Positions 61,045-64,000 of a stretch of 64,000 nucleotides of DNA are shown one piece after another (the first letter of the stretch is position 1; each line of letters starts with the position of its first letter). Location: NCBI GenBank assembly GCA_029261065.1, contig JAJDCB010000012.1, positions 77,430-141,429 on the forward strand, written 5' to 3'. Origin of the DNA: Candidatus Omnitrophota bacterium (GTDB taxonomy: Bacteria > Omnitrophota > Gorgyraeia > Zapsychrales > Zapsychraceae). The position numbers and the translations under genes were made by a program. The notes under the pieces were generated by a model that did not search any database, was not told the DNA's origin, and was given only the letters and a program-made list of their open reading frames with translations.

Positions 61045-61879
61045 TTCTTTTTTATTTGTTTCTTCTTGGGAGAAGGCAAAAAATTCTCTTTTGAGATAAT
61101 ACTTTTTCCCGATTTTCTTTCTAATTCTTTTCTTGCCTTCTTGGCAATGCCGCCGCCTTTTTTGCTAGCAATTTTATTTTCAGTCATGCCAGTAGCTTGT
61201 ACGCTATCTGCTATTTGTCTTGTAGATAATTCAGCTAACGCGGTAAAAATAAGTTCGGCTTCCGTCATATGATCTCGCAGATTTTGCGTTTTAATCCTTT
61301 GATTTTTTTATGATCTTTGATATTTAGATCAGACCATTCTTGGTGAATAATATTTGTTAGAATCGCAAATTCATCATCGTTGCTAATATCATGGTCTTTC
61401 CAATAATCCGTTAACTTATTACGGGTCTCCTGACCCATCATTCGTTGCTGAATCCATTTTTTACTTCTACCCTGCTTTTGCCAATATTCACGTGAACGAT
61501 TGAGAGCTTTTTCAGGATCAGTCATCTCCTGCATTCTTTCATATCCTACTTTAGCTAGCCATAATTTGATTGGTTCTGCTTTGGGACTAGGAACAGATTG
61601 AACCAAGCGAAGAATAGTTTCAACATTTGCTGCGTCAGTTTTGTAAAATTTTCCATCACTGGACTGCATTTTCAGTTTGTCACATTTTGTGACAGACTCA
61701 TTTTCTTCCTTTTTTAGACGACTTTTTAGAGTCGTCCAGTAACTTTGAGCTTTCTTGAAGTCTTTTTGCTCTACCAACACAGCAATAATATCAATGACAG
61801 AGAAATACCATTTTTCCTGCTTTTCATCATATATTCTACGAATTTTATAATTTTCAAATACAGCCAATGTACTTTTCAC
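61041..61879 (-). pseudogene. BRO-N domain (phage antirepressor-like) protein split by a 1-nt deletion
   Basis: WYFSVIDII, QSVPSPKAEPIKLWLA; restoring one A near 61290 gives GLKTQNLRDHMTEAELIF, joining ORFs 61265-61879 and 61041-61268. Confidence 0.8.
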
Positions 61880-61922
61880 TTTACTTCATCTCCTATTTAA
61901 ATTCTCTCATTTTCTTGTTCTG

Positions 61923-61993
61923 TAACATAAACATTCTCAATGATTTCCAACACTGCCGTACGCCACTGGTACATACGGTCAGCCATATGTTTC
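61923..61993 (-). repeat. Truncated miaB head joined to ~55-nt tail (att-like junction 2)
   Basis: GAAACATATGGC-TGA-CCGTATGTACCAGTGGCGTACGGCAGTGTTGGAAATCATTGAGAATGTTTATGTTA. Confidence 0.8.
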
Positions 61994-62002
61994 ATATTTC
62001 CT

Positions 62003-62737
62003 CTATTCAGGCCCTGATTCGTTCTCAGGACAATAAATATTATGACCAAAATCAATAAGATTACATCTTTGATCAAATTTATAATAAAAATTTGCAAATT
62101 GAACTACTTGAATTTGGTCCTTAGCGCTACATGGTGGCAAAGGAATCCCAGTCAGTAACGCTGCAGCATAATTCATGCCCTTTTTTAACTTATGGATATT
62201 CTGACAATAGGCAGAAGCCAGTCCTAATTCTGTAGTTGGGAAAATTTGAGTTGTAATCTCTTTTTTCCTACCTGTTCTTATTTCCATTTCTCTAAGCATT
62301 TCTGTTAATTGTCTATTATCATAAACCTTCCCGGACTCAAAAGTTAGTTTTCCTGTACGATTTTCAGTTTTTCTAAAACGAAAATGTTTTGTTTCGCGCC
62401 TCTCAGTAATCTCATAATGTGTACCTTTATCTCGCCGGCTGATTTCTTTCCAAACGTAGTGTGGATCATAATATTTTTCATAATAAGAATAAACAATGTC
62501 GTGTTCTCCAGGCGCTAGAAATACCTTGCTCCAAAAAACAAACCCAACTTGCGGATGTTTCTCGCCATCAATTTTGACAAGAACAAATCGACCGTCTTTC
62601 CCGCCTCCCATGCCTTTTAGCTCAACCAATTCAGATTTTGTTAAATTTGCAGCACTAGAAGGCAAATAAACGGTCTTTGCGCAGCCAGTTAAAATAAATA
62701 AAACACACAACAAAATTAAGTATTGAATTCTTTTCAT
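62003..62737 (-). CDS. Hypothetical lipoprotein (cassette cargo)
   Basis: MKRIQYLILLCVLFILTGC lipobox. Confidence 0.75.
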   Translation of the reverse strand: MKRIQYLILLCVLFILTGCAKTVYLPSSAANLTKSELVELKGMGGGKDGRFVLVKIDGEKHPQVGFVFWSKVFLAPGEHDIVYSYYEKYYDPHYVWKEISRRDKGTHYEITERRETKHFRFRKTENRTGKLTFESGKVYDNRQLTEMLREMEIRTGRKKEITTQIFPTTELGLASAYCQNIHKLKKGMNYAAALLTGIPLPPCSAKDQIQVVQFANFYYKFDQRCNLIDFGHNIYCPENESGPE

Positions 62738-62819
62738 ATTAAGGTTTTTTTCAACAAATTTTTTAAACTGTAAAACTGACACGTGATTTTTATATGAGAA
62801 ATTGTAATTTTTCAATAGC

Positions 62820-62920
62820 TAACATAAACAGCTTCAATAATTTGCAACACTGCCGTATACCACTGGTACATACGGTCAGCCGTAGGTTTCAAGAAATATT
62901 TTCTTTGTATCTTGTTTCAT
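62820..62920 (-). repeat. miaB 5'-end copy joined to ~55-nt tail (att-like junction 1)
   Basis: ATG 62920 reads MKQDTKKIFLETYG-TGA then CCGTATGTACCAGTGGTATACGGCAGTGTTGCAAATTATTGAAGCTGTTTATGTTA. Confidence 0.85.
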
Positions 62921-63190
62921 ATCAATCACTTAATTTTCCGTCCTTTTGGTGTTCATCTGCTGTCTAGAAAATTAAAAATTTGAAATTTTATGCATAGTAT
63001 TTAGCTTCAATATTTTACGAGAAATTCTTGTGTCGTACTCATTGATCTCCCTTTCTTCGAAAAGAAGAGAATTTATAATTTATAACATTGTGGATTATAC
63101 AATTAATGGGTAGGAAATGCAAGGTACACGATTTTGCGTAACATTAAACTTATAGTAGGATTATTAATGTATGCAAAGAAAACCTTTTGT

Positions 63191-63865
63191 TTATTCTTTC
63201 TGAAGTCTTTCTCGATGATGTTTGACCATCTTTGCCTGAATCATGTAGATAACATCTTCCGCAATCGCAGAAGCATGATCACAAATACGCTCTAAATCCC
63301 TAGCAACTAATAATAGAGGCACTGCTCTCGGGGCAGTCGTTCCATCTTTAACCATGTAATCATTAATAAGTTCTTTAATAATCAGAGTCCTCAACTTATT
63401 GGACTCATTATCCGATAGAATAACTTTTTTAGCCATATCCTCATCTCGTTTTACGAAAGAATCAATAGAGTTATGTACCATCGTTTTAGCTTGGCTGGCT
63501 AACTTGGGAATATCAATTAAAGGCTTAAGAAGGGGTTGATCTGCAACTTCCAACACTCTTTGGGAAATATTAACGGTTAAATCAGCTATCCTTTCTAACT
63601 CCGCATTAATATGCATACCTGTCGTAATGAATCGCAAATCAATAGCCATTGGCTGAAATAGAGCTAGTAACTCGATAATCTCCTCCTCTATTTCAATCTC
63701 TAATTCATCGATTCGTTGATCCTCCTCAATTACTTTATTCGCCAAATCCTTATCTCTCTTTTTCAAAGCATCTATCGATTTATGGATTGCCTCTTCCACC
63801 AATGTTGCCATTTTAAGGAGATTGGTCTTTAACTTACTTAATTCTTCATCTAAATGTCTTTCCAT
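63191..63865 (-). CDS. phoU: Phosphate signalling protein PhoU
   Basis: QPMAIDLR, ELERIAD, LERICDHA. Confidence 0.96.
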   Translation of the reverse strand: MERHLDEELSKLKTNLLKMATLVEEAIHKSIDALKKRDKDLANKVIEEDQRIDELEIEIEEEIIELLALFQPMAIDLRFITTGMHINAELERIADLTVNISQRVLEVADQPLLKPLIDIPKLASQAKTMVHNSIDSFVKRDEDMAKKVILSDNESNKLRTLIIKELINDYMVKDGTTAPRAVPLLLVARDLERICDHASAIAEDVIYMIQAKMVKHHRERLQKE

Positions 63866-64000
63866 ATTATCCAAACCTCCCAGTCACATAATCCTCAGTT
63901 ATTTTATTTGAAGGATTCGTAAATATTTTATTTGTTACATCAAATTCAATTAGCTCTCCTAACATAAAGAAAGCTGTATAATCTGAAACACGAGCTGCTT

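Noticed and set aside
59199-62920. Classical integron or prophage
   Set aside because: No intI, no canonical RYYYAAC..GTTRRRY attC recognised, no phage structural genes
62925-63050. Short ORF with RBS (MSTTQEFLVKY*) between phoU and junction 1
   Set aside because: Too short and degenerate to assign; possibly a remnant

Overview
AT-rich bacterial chromosomal segment, mostly minus-strand housekeeping genes. Gene content (TMTC-like/TPR proteins, DapL lysine route, aspartate dehydrogenase) suggests a PVC-superphylum lineage such as Ca. Omnitrophota, which is an inference only. Main blocks: TPR proteins-uvrA-histone-like gene; an arg+lys(dap)+folK/panC/nadX super-operon; rplM-rpsI; fabG-acpP-fabF-leuB-asd-truA; folE-folM-folX-folK; ispG/ispH; moaE/PduO/murB; nifU-PCD-Rrf2-sufBCDSU-moaA; metXW, nadA, miaB, phoU. 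No rRNA, tRNA, CRISPR array, transposase or integrase was recognised. Top observations: (1) a tandem cassette array upstream of miaB whose units are delimited by three stop-terminated copies of the miaB 5' end, each joined at GGC-TG to a conserved tail, resembling repeated site-specific integration into miaB; (2) a four-helix-bundle gene enclosed by inverted octamer arrays, plus an empty copy of the same element; (3) further small inverted-repeat families (a heptamer element, GTCATTCCC palindromes); (4) a cassette protein with a FrpC-like self-processing module carrying Thr-Pro instead of Asp-Pro.
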